Below, one piece after another: positions 37,521-48,391 of a stretch of 64,000 bases of DNA (positions within the stretch are counted from its first letter, which is position 1; each line of letters starts with the position of its first letter). The notes beneath the pieces are model-generated. The model searched no databases. It was given only the letters and a program-made list of their open reading frames with translations, and had not been told where the DNA came from. The stretch lies in contig JABANN010000002.1 in NCBI GenBank assembly GCA_013115125.1, positions 62,001 to 126,000 of the forward strand, read 5' to 3'. The translations under genes and the position numbers were made by a program. Source of the DNA: Perkinsus olseni. Lineage: Eukaryota.

Positions 37521-40500
37521 TTATTCAGACATCTGAGTGAGGCTCACTCCCTCTTCTCTCGATTGGTCTGCCATCTCCTTCCTCATAACCGGCACTAGCA
37601 GAAACGCCGCCGTCAGCAGCATACCTGGCATCGCCCGACCGTCCACCGACACACCCTGGTTCAATCCCGGCAACGAAAACCTTCTTTTGAGGCGGTCCAT
37701 TCTCCCACGTAAAGTTGTACCCCAGGGGCCCTTCCACAGCACAGATTTTTCAGGATTCTGTGTCATCACGAAATCCCTTCGAATTCGGACTTCTTTGAAA
37801 AACGACATCATAACGACCAACACAATACCGTTGTGCTCCATATCCCCCGAACCCAGGTTCGACCCCCACAAGGATCATTTTCTCACCTGTAAATGCAACG
37901 AAGAGCCAGGCCCAGCTAGAGCCTGTTGTGAGCACCGGTATCGCCAGCTGCGTCATCGCCGCGCCTATCGAGGCCACCCCATCAACCAAGCCGCTCACGG
38001 ACGCTGTGACGTTTGACTCTGCATCAGCCTGACTACCCAGATCGGCGCAAACTGCCGCCGAAATCAGATTGGCGGGGCCTCCGACCTGATGAGAGAAACG
38101 AAAGATACGGGCTTGCCGCCTTAGTTCGGACGTTAGTTTGATGGAAAGAGGCTCCGCGCCAATCACAAAACGGAGCGCGAAATGCCCGACCCTCGCTGTG
38201 CGGGCTTGCACACACCGAGGATGTTACGACAGAGGGACCAGGCTGGGACGCAGTGTTTCCATCTGGCTTGATGGTACTGGTACACCGCAACATGTTAAGA
38301 CGAGGGCAATGCTGCAACATGCCTTGATAGCTCAGGGAGGATTGGCGATCTGCTGATCGAGGGCACGCGAGTTATCTCGTGCTCGTGGCAGCCAACCACT
38401 AGCATACATGGCAGTAATCTAGCGGTTGAAGAATGATTGTCAGGGAGGAGATGATAGATATAGGCCTCACAGATGGGATACTGAGCATCGTTGGGCAAAG
38501 CAGGGAGACTCCCCGAGGGAGTGGATGCTGAATCATCTTCCTAACTTGCACCGCAGCAGCGTCAACGGAATCGTAGTCGCACAACTGCAGCTTTTGCAGA
38601 TCCCGGAAGGCCTTGAAGGAAGTAGCACCATAGCGATGTCTCAAGGCATCCTGATTAATCTCCAGCTGTACTTCAGCAATACCCGTTGAGAGTCCCAACA
38701 CCGTGGATACCGTCACAGTACTACCGTGGGCCACAGGCTGTGACATAGGTACTCCCATTCATACGAAGAGCCAACAGAGTGAGACGGGCTTCTGCAGGTA
38801 TCATCAAGCCATTAGAGATAATTTGGGTTTTGCTGAGGAACTCTTCGACGTCCCGACCATTGGCCCTCTCTCCCATTGAAGCAGATTTCATTTTCGAGCC
38901 TTACCATTAAGCTCGGTTAGAGAGTGTAAATAAGAGATTTTTCTTGCCGAGCAGTCCTCTGCTGGTTTGAGGTACTCCTCTGCGGAGTTGATTGAGAACG
39001 GTATTGCCCTCGAGAGTCGCCCTTGCCTTGCCCAGCCGATCGCTGAGCCCCTCGCGCCCGAGAAGTGACAGACTTGCAGCATAGGATGAACCGATGACGA
39101 AGGGTCCAGGGAGGGAGTAGTTTCTTCCCCAGAGTTACGAGAGTAACTATAGAGTTACTCCCGCGGCGATCATAGCTCGCCTTTCACAACTGTTGTAGAA
39201 GGCGAGCCGTGATCGCTTTCACCGCCCACATAGCCGGGAGAGACGTGGAGAGACCTGATCGAGGGCGCGCGTTTTTTGACGAAAGACAAAACTTTTGTCT
39301 CCGTGGCGGCTGACCACTATCTAGCGAATCGAATCGCATAGCGCTTCCACGAGTCTTCTCTAACACCCATAATGTGGGGGAGTCTCCTGCCCACAGTAAC
39401 GATGGACATGCTCAGGGCTGCCTTCCTACGGTGTGTGAGTACTTTAACGCTCTTATATCGATACCCTCCCCCTCATCACGATTCACGGCCGCTGAATCGT
39501 CTTCCCGAAACTTGCGGAAGTACCCACAGAGATTGCAATCAGCAGCATGCCTGCCTTTCCCCAGATGGGTCGAAATCTTCGAAGACAGCCGCCTTCTCTT
39601 GTCGTTCGACCGAATCCATCTCGAACACTCCAGCAAAGATACTCACCAGCAAACCAGCTAAGAATATTATCATTGTGATTGGTACCGCCGATCCATACTT
39701 CAAACTGAGCGCTAGAGTTGGGATAATGGCCAAGACAAGAAATGAGGTTATAACCTGACAAGAATCTGAGATTCAATCTTCAACACTGCACAAGTGACTG
39801 GACGCTCTGAACGCTCATTTCCCGAGCCCCTCGTTGCGCGCCTGAAGCCGAGTGAGTTTGCACCCTTCAGTTCACCCTGTCGATGCCTCTAGAAGTAGTA
39901 GTCTGCAATTCTTAGGCGAATCGAGAACCGTGGCACGAGAAGAACCAAAATCGATCATACAATCGATTTCTTCCCTCTCGCCCATTTGTCAACAATCGAG
40001 CCAGCGATAACTCCACCCAAGCACTGGCCTATATCGTAAAATACCGACAGACCATCAGCCCACCCTGGATCAAGCTTGCAAACCTGAACAGAAATATCAT
40101 AGTGGCGCGGGCGCTTTTACGTAGGGCCAATCGAAATTCGACAAATAATGGCGATAAGCCACTTACCTCGCTAAGGTAGAAGGGCAGCCAGAAGAACATG
40201 GCGTAGTTGACTCCTTTTGTACAAGCATAGACCACGGAGTACCGAGCGACGAATGGCAGCCGAAAAGCATGCCATATCTCTTTCAAGCCCCCCAGCACGG
40301 CTTCCAAGGTAGGGAGTTGAGCATCGGTCGTCACCTAACATTTTTATCACGTTTTTGCGGTATAACCGTTACTGTAACGACGTTACACATTGGCGGCCTA
40401 CCGTTACAATGTAACGGTAGAGCGCAAAGCTCTCATGCCTAAGGACGGGAGTTCAATACCATCATGGTTCGCTGCTCGGAGCAACTTGCTCCCATTTTCG

Positions 40501-43500
40501 AAGAACATTGATCTTGGACTATAATGTAGATAATATCGACCACGGATACTGAGTACGACCTCGACGTCACAGCCTCAGAGTCCCTACTCCACAGCAGCAT
40601 CGCTCCGTCCTTCGTTCCGGTGTAAAGACGTAAAAACAGGCGGCAGAGGATCCGAGTTCGACAGACTATTCCCATTGCTAATCACATTTACCGAGGCTCT
40701 ACGACTGACCCGCGCGTGCACAGCCGAACGACACTACCTGCGACCCTAGAGCTTGGACACCATTCACAGTTGGAGGAGAATCCTTCAGCTTGACAGAATA
40801 ATACGAGAATACTACCATCAGCAAGGAAGGGCCCAGGAAAACGAGCAACACCTGAGGAGATGGCCTTGAGCAACGCGGAATAGTAGATGTACGCCGGACT
40901 GATGTTCCTCCAGTTCATACTCATCCTATCGCTCCGCTGCAAGAATGTGCTGCCTGGTTAGGATACTCCGCGCGAGATTATTATTAATACAGTGGCGGGT
41001 ATCAGACTATCACTGGCGCGGCTCGTCTAGGGCACTTAACCAATTGTGATCGGTGTCATCGAACCAAGTCGGAACACTCTTGCCATAGTGACTCACAGAC
41101 TGTGAGTCGACTGTGACAGACTCACTGACAGACTAACGGACTCGGACTGTGAGTCAAACACAAGTGACCCCGACCATGAATCCATGCGAGACACTTCAAG
41201 CAGCTTGTTGCACACGCCCAATTTCTAACAACCCCCGAGAGCGAGCATAGTGAAAACCTTAAAATGAACTCACCACAGTATTAATTTCCTATGCTACAAT
41301 CACCGAACGTTCCATACTCGCAATCCAGTTCGCTCGGCCATCCTCTCACCCCGCGTTCCCTTCAACGGTTGAAGCTTAACCCCTACTACCCCCATCTCCT
41401 TCAAGGCTGCGTGCGCCCCGGCGATACCCAGTGCCAGGGCGGCCATGAGGGCTCCAACAATGTTACCAACGCTCGCATTGCTCGACCACAAGCCGAAGAG
41501 CATACCGGAATGTGCGGGATTGACCACCCCAATCCGGTCGTCCACAACACTGGCGGTTTCAGAATCCTCAGAAGTCTCGTCCTCCTCGGAGCCTTCAATG
41601 AGATGATGGACGGGAGCAAGCCAGTTACCAACTAGCTTAACGCAGGCCGGCCAACACAAAGATTGAACCTGCACACCATAGCGCTGAGGGAAAGGTATTT
41701 CACATGCCATCACGTACTGTATGAACCGTCAATAATTACACGAAATTACACATGAATCATGAAGTTATGCTTATCAAATCCACGATATAAGCCAGTTATC
41801 CTATAGTATACGACCTATACGCAAGGACCCCCTCTGCTCAGAAATCCTGAGTCAGGATGAACGAAATGCAAGGGCTCCAGAGCAAAGCCATGAAAGCCGA
41901 ATCACGGCCCATGCAACGCACGAAACACCCGCGATCATAGTCATAACAGTGTAACATGCAGCAACATCCCAGTAACCACTGGTTACTAACCAGTCGAGTT
42001 TGTTAACTTGCGAGAATGTACCCCGACTCCAAACGGCCCTGCAATTCAGTTAGAAATTACAATAAACCCGTACTTCGCAGCGAAGAAGGCCAGAGAGGCG
42101 GCAAACTCAAGTCGCAGATGAGCGCCTTGGTCTTTGAAGTCCCTCAAAGCGTAGTAAGCGAGCTCAGTAAGCCCATCGCCGATCTTCTCAGTTGCCACTG
42201 GGGCTGCCAATAAGTAGGCCACGATCCTCCCACGAACCAGTCCCATAGCACAAATGGCTTGGAGTGTGCCAAGTTGCACGGTGACCTTGTCACAGCTCGC
42301 TGCAATAGGGCTGCAGCGCATACCGAAGCAATGTTGGCGATCCATGAACACTGCTGTTATTCTGGCTTACGTCTCTACGCCCATAGCTCTGACGAAAGCT
42401 AGAAGTGAGTCCGGGAGTGATTCTTGTTGCCAAACCTAACTCTTTTCAATGCAGAGCGAGCAGCCGCTCGAAACAGCGGTATCTGTGCCCCTCTACCATA
42501 GATAAGTACACTATGCGAGCTTCGACTAGAGCTTCACTCCTCTTCGTACTAGCTACACTAGCTCAGCGATGGCAAGCGACCTCGTATGGGTAGCAATCTC
42601 AGGATGCCTCTCCGGCGAAGCTAAGATATCGCACTGCCTCTCCGCAGGTGGAAGTTCCCCCCTCTCGTAGCACGCCCCAGTGATCAAGACTCAGTCGCCT
42701 GGATAGTCCCTCTCCTCTCGTTTTGGATGAACATACGTTCACACTGTGAACGTCACAGGTTAACAAAGCAGGGCGCCGGGACATGGTGTTTTCAAACAGT
42801 TCCTGACGAAGTAAGTCCACGCAGCCGAAGGCTCCGGCGACAATCAAACGATTTCAGCTCCAAAGGAAGCCAACCGGGGTCTTGGACGACCCAGAATCTG
42901 ATGGGACCGTTGATGTGCCTATTTTTCCGAGTCGGAAATTCCGACTTCTGGGCCAGAAGTTCTGGCAGAATACGCGGTACTACCGCGGCGGCAGGAATGA
43001 CCCCAAAATTTATCACCATCACCGTCCTGTTTGCCCTCACTACCAGGCCATTCAATATCCAAATAGCAAACAGCACGACCTTGAACTCCCAGTCGGGCGG
43101 TGTCCGCAGCACGCAGAGCAGAGAAAATACCGTCTGCGCTATGGTGGTGAAAGCAAGCCCTATGGCGAGAACGGTCGAGGCCGAGAACACGTCCCCGAGG
43201 CGTCCCGCTAAGAGGAGCCCAGTCGAGTATGCTATCATGAAAAGTGTATCCAGAGCGGCCAGTGTCGAGGTCGGGAAAGCGCCTGGGCGGGCGTCTTGGA
43301 GTGCCTGGGAACGGACCATGCTCCCTGCCACTCTCGTATCGCTATAGTTTGTGAAATACAAACTCGCCACTCTAGAGCGGGGCCCGAATTCCACATAATG
43401 TTTCAGCCAGTCATCACGCCAGCACTCTATACACTGGCGGCTAGCAGCTCTCCCAGCCGAATCGTTCACCTCCCGGGGAGATCATAGAGCGGGAAAATTT

Positions 43501-43900
43501 TCTGGCGTGCACAGCCAGGGAGGGGGTGTGGCCTGTGGCCCCCTTGTATCACGATGGCGAGAGGTTTACCGTCCGCCAGATCAGAGCTTATCCATCCGAA
43601 CCCGGAGCCCCATCTTAGATGGGGCATCCATCCTTTACTACCGCTTTTGAATTCGAAAAGGACTTCCTCGCCGCATGCAGCGCCGCATAACTGCAGAACG
43701 TCACCAACAAGACCCTCACCCTCTCATGGTGCAGCGTTGTGATGAGCCTCGCTCGATCATGGGATATGGTACGATCTACCATCCAAGCTAAGTGAAAGAA
43801 CAAGTTCACTCCGCAGACACCGAGGCCATTCCGACCGCTACTGAATAGATAGGAGAAGGTTCAATGGAGACGGAATTTTAGACGTCTGACGGTAGACCAT
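37521..43900 (-). CDS. MFS sugar-phosphate/phosphate exchanger (SLC37/GlpT family), multi-exon
   Basis: TFCSYAALHAARKSFS, LDTLFMIAYSTG..AGRLGD, QSLCWPACVKLVGNW, FGLWSSNASVGNIVG, NYAMFFWLPFYL, GGPANLISAAVCADLG, GLVDGVASIGA. Confidence 0.9.
38170..38900 (-). mobile_element. Degenerate LTR-retrotransposon Gag-like remnant inside a 1.56-kb transporter intron
   Basis: Frameshifted segments CFNG / GRDVEEFLSK..ARLTLLALRMNG / LRHRYGATSFKAFRDLQKL..DSVD, and a decayed knuckle-like VGHFA. Confidence 0.55.
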
Positions 43901-44242
43901 ACGATAGAGGTCGGTGCTACGAGAAGGAGGGACACCGAACTGAAATCTTAGCCCCGCCGAGGGGCCTTCTATTAGCGGAAGCCCAGTACCGATAGAAGCT
44001 TTCCTTATATATCGTGCTGTACATGGTACGATCGCCACGTCCCTCAGCATAAAGGGCGCCGGCCGGAAGCCCAGTACCGTAGCTATGGCATCTCCCCCGA
44101 CAGTGCGCGAATGTGAGCTGGTCGAATTGTACAGGCAACTATACAACCAAACGCTTCCACATTGACATGAACAATGGATAGATCCATGAACAACATACGC
44201 ATATTGATGATAGCGACCAGCGCGAAGCAGCCAACGACGCCC

Positions 44243-45439
44243 TTAGGTCCACTGCTGGCCGGTCACCACCGAGTGTTTTGGTCGAAGCCCTACCACGTTA
44301 CTTTCGAAATCAACGTAGGCATCGCACGCTCTGAGGAAAGGGACACCCAGCAGAACACGATCCTCCTGATGAGATGCGACGCCGAGGACACACCAGCCAC
44401 GCACACACCGAGCATAATCTCCCGGCGGGATGGTCACGGCCATGCTCCGGTTCGAGCCCACAGTGAGAACTAGAGTTGGAAAAAACTTCAAAACGCCCTC
44501 GTCGATGAACCAGGACCTTCTCGTGTTCGTTTTTTTCTCGAAAATTGGCCTGGCCCTCCCCGGATTTCGCCAAAATCGATCAAGTTTTATTCGCTCCTTC
44601 GCGTATTGAATGATGGCATAAACAAACTGGGCCGCATCGGGAACCAAAATGTCTCTCGTTCCGCTGTCCACATAACCCAGGCGAGAGCTGTTCCGACCTA
44701 ACTCGTCTGAGCCCTGGGTGTGCAAAAGATTCCAATCAGACCCCAGTATCGCCATAGGGGAGACCCTTACTGTCACCCGGTTCCACCGGACCTTGTCACA
44801 CATCTCCAGCGGAGTCAGTTGCATCCCCAGCCCCCCTTCGACCACTTCGCCCAATACCACCCGTCCATTAATACCAACTTTTCCGCTCGGCTGCGTGCGG
44901 ATCGACAGAGCCAATTTATCGATCACAGATTTGTATTTGAGTTGCTGCAGCAAACTCGTGAGAGGGCTGCCTGCACTTGCAAGGCCCATGCCCAGCATAC
45001 CCGGTGACCTCGCAGTCTCATGTGACGGCGGCGGGGTGAAGTCGACAACAACCCCAAATTCAACACCATCAATACTATGCTCCCCCAGAGTGATCGAGCC
45101 AGAGCGAAGAACAAAGCGGCAAACCTGACCTTCAACGAAATTCAGGCCGAGAACGCTCATGCCTGCGTCAAGGCATGTCCTTCCCCCTGGACAGAAGTAA
45201 CAGGCCGCTCGCGGATCCCCGCACGTACCTTTGCCATACTTTCCCTCGTACCATACCCCGTCATTCACAAGTATTGCATTACTGCCGGTGTCCAGCAACA
45301 GCGTAAGCTCCCGTCCATCAATTTCCACCTTCACGTGGTCATCTTCTATGGGGACCGTAACAGTCTTTCCCTCATCGGAACTTAGCACCGCAGCTAGGCC
45401 AATGCGAAGGACCTCGGCCAGGAACAGGGCAGAACGCAT
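44243..45439 (-). CDS. Pepsin-like (A1) aspartyl protease, intronless, secreted
   Basis: Signal peptide, LLLDTGS, GMLGMG, YVDSGT, VLLGVPFLR. Confidence 0.9.
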   Translation of the reverse strand: MRSALFLAEVLRIGLAAVLSSDEGKTVTVPIEDDHVKVEIDGRELTLLLDTGSNAILVNDGVWYEGKYGKGTCGDPRAACYFCPGGRTCLDAGMSVLGLNFVEGQVCRFVLRSGSITLGEHSIDGVEFGVVVDFTPPPSHETARSPGMLGMGLASAGSPLTSLLQQLKYKSVIDKLALSIRTQPSGKVGINGRVVLGEVVEGGLGMQLTPLEMCDKVRWNRVTVRVSPMAILGSDWNLLHTQGSDELGRNSSRLGYVDSGTRDILVPDAAQFVYAIIQYAKERIKLDRFWRNPGRARPIFEKKTNTRRSWFIDEGVLKFFPTLVLTVGSNRSMAVTIPPGDYARCVRGWCVLGVASHQEDRVLLGVPFLRACDAYVDFESNVVGLRPKHSVVTGQQWT

Positions 45440-46373
45440 GGCAACCGAGAAGGGTGGAAGCCTGCCACTGGAAGGGTCAACCAGAATCAATGATTCGGAA
45501 AAATACATTTCCGAAGGCGCAAAAAAGGCGTGAAGCACGATACTCGTGCCTTATGATCTCGGATGGTTTTACAGCTAGTCCAAAGCGGCGAGAACCTTTG
45601 ATTCCGCGAAACACTAGGGCCGACCACAGCGCAATGTTCATCTTCATAATTTCCACGACGGGGCAATGAAACCCACAGGAGACGGGAACAGCACACAGGC
45701 GAGCGACAGTAACGCTGGGAGACGCCCTTGAGCACATCCACGTTTAAGCGCACCCGGCGGTAAAACGTGATCCCACTATCATTGGTAATCAGCAGGTGTC
45801 GCTCAGTGTGCTTTGAAAGCCGGTCATCTGTGTCCAGGGTGATGGTCAATAGTTTGGAATTGCGGACGCTGACGGGCCCGCGCCGGTCACTAATGCACTG
45901 TCTACAATGTAGACTCTACATAACACAATCAAACCATGTGATCACTAGCTTAATCATACCAGCGTCCCGCTATTAACTCCGATTTTCTTGACTACACATC
46001 TTCCTATGCACTACATCGTTCACTATGAGCCCAATCTACTTGTGCTGTGCTCTACAACTAGTAGTTGTCAACTACGCCTTCTACGAGGCAGTGCACCATC
46101 AAAATCCCTGAAGCAGAAGCCGGGCAGAAGCCCACAGCTCTTCCCCCTCAATCAACTTGATGACAGAAAATGACCTTCATGGATTTCAGCCTAATAAACG
46201 GAAATGGCGCTCTCAGAGCGTCGCTATGAGGAACCGCCATTCCTCTGTCATGAGGCGCAGCGCACGCTTCCACTGGGACGAACTGAAGACTATCAACTGA
46301 ACGCTCTAGGAGTTGTATAGACATGTACATCTGATAGAGTCGTCACCAAGCAGACACCACAGTGAAAATAATC

Positions 46374-47534
46374 TCAACTGTCGACTGTGAATTTAGGTTG
46401 AAGCCCAATCACGTTAGAGTCGAAGTTTACGTGGATATCATATGCTCTGATGAAGGGAGCTCCCAGCACCACTTTGTCCTCGATTTTGGGCTCCACGATC
46501 TTTAAAGTGCATCTCTCTTCCTTGCATCGGGTGTAATCCGTCGGGGATATCTTCACGAGATGACGTCCGTCGGAGCCCAGACGCAAAGCTAGAGTTGGAA
46601 GATACTGCAGCGAAGCCTTTCTTATGACCCAACGGCCTTTCTTCGTCTGCTGCGCCAACTTGATCTCCGAGCGATGACCGGGTGATGGTGGATCCATTGC
46701 CCGCTTGGCGTGGTCGAAGATCTCCTCGATGAGGGCCCCCGCGTGCGGGATGTGGAGGGACTTCACCCCGTGGGCTACATAACCCACATACGACCGGTCT
46801 CTTCCTGACCGTGGCGATCGAAAGATGCGCGGCAGCGTGCCGTCAGCGTCTTTCAATACCATAGAAGAAATCCACACTGAGACCTTGCGCGTCCAGGTCA
46901 ACTGCAGCGGAATCATCTGCGTTCCCGGTCCCACCTCGAAACCATCACCCAGCGTCAGTCGTCCATTGATGCCTCCGTACTCGCTCGACTCAGTGCGAAG
47001 CGAGAACGACGCCCGAGGGATCACTCCCCTATTCCGTAGTTGTGCCAGTGGGCTCTCCACAGGGTTCGTCCTATATCCTCTGGCCACGCCAAAGGTCCCC
47101 GGCACTCTAAAGGTGGTGTCTGCCGACAAGTTGTAATTAACGATGACGCCGAACTCAGCATCCTTAATAACATGCTCCCCCAGCTTGACCGTGCCAGTGT
47201 AGGGGACGTACGTAACCGTGCCGTCAAGAAAATCGGCAGTGAAAACCGGCAATTTGGACGGGTAGCAGCCCGCCTTCCCCGGGCAGTAGTAGCAGGCCGC
47301 CCGGGGATCTTCGCAAGCTCTCATACCGTACTTTCGCTCGTACCATACACCATCATTCACAAGCATCTTGTCAGAGCCAGAGTCGAGGAACAGGCTCATC
47401 TCCTGTCCATCGACCGTCAATTTCACATGGTTGTCTTCAATCGGTAGCGTCACCGTTCTGTCACCACGACCCGGATTCACCACCGCTGCGAGACTGAGAT
47501 GCAGAATTTCACCCACCAGTAGCGGGATGCGCAT
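46374..47534 (-). CDS. Pepsin-like aspartyl protease paralogue lacking the second catalytic Asp
   Basis: LFLDSGS is present; the second motif reads YVAHGV where the paralogues have YVDSG; VLGAPFIR at the C-terminus. Confidence 0.88.
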   Translation of the reverse strand: MRIPLLVGEILHLSLAAVVNPGRGDRTVTLPIEDNHVKLTVDGQEMSLFLDSGSDKMLVNDGVWYERKYGMRACEDPRAACYYCPGKAGCYPSKLPVFTADFLDGTVTYVPYTGTVKLGEHVIKDAEFGVIVNYNLSADTTFRVPGTFGVARGYRTNPVESPLAQLRNRGVIPRASFSLRTESSEYGGINGRLTLGDGFEVGPGTQMIPLQLTWTRKVSVWISSMVLKDADGTLPRIFRSPRSGRDRSYVGYVAHGVKSLHIPHAGALIEEIFDHAKRAMDPPSPGHRSEIKLAQQTKKGRWVIRKASLQYLPTLALRLGSDGRHLVKISPTDYTRCKEERCTLKIVEPKIEDKVVLGAPFIRAYDIHVNFDSNVIGLQPKFTVDS

Positions 47535-48391
47535 GCTTGCTGAAAATGAAGGCAAAAGATACCACTATAAAGACGAACGCTGCCGCCACCGAGCTACGCC
47601 CCTCACCGAGCGCAAAAGAAAACAGAACACGCTTCCTAACCGAAAACGAAATCACCGCGAGATAGAATCATAATATGGCTCGTCAAGGGTGTATCTTGTC
47701 CTTCGAGCTCGATCCTGAGCAGCTTCCGACTGGGGTGGGTCCCACAGCTGAAGTACAGCAGTTGGAGACGCCCGTCTATCGCTTGGTCTCCGAGACGGGG
47801 CGGAAACGGGCGAGCGACAACCCTTCGAGACACATCAACGTTCGTCTTTGACCTGTTCTAATGAATGGGGTTTGGCCCTTGAGTCCCGGCCATCCTCTAT
47901 CCGTAACATGATAGCACTATCCCTATCGACTGTAGCAGCAAAACCGATGATCGCAGGAGGATGACCGAGAAGAGGAGAGAAAGCGCTGATGAAGCGTCAA
48001 CGATGATACCGAAGGCCGCAAGAGACTGCGTACAGCACGACGAAAAGAGGGAGTAGCAATCGCTGCCAAATCACCAGCGACACTCCGACTCACAAGGTGA
48101 TATGAAAGACAAACAGGAAAAACGGTATGCAATCCCGAGGTTATCCGGCAAACTTATTCAACACTGATAGCGCATTCAAGATGCGAGACGAGGCGGCAAT
48201 ACTTCACTAACGACAGCGACAACGCTTCGCTCCGCTATTATGGCGACGGAGCGCTCCGAGAAAGATATCTTACTCAGCAGGTCCAACAGCTTAACCATCA
48301 TGCCATTCTGATATCCCATCCGAGTGAGTTCCAAACAACCCAATGACACGTATTTTGAGAAACCAGAACTGCTCAGTTGAGAGCTCGCGCC

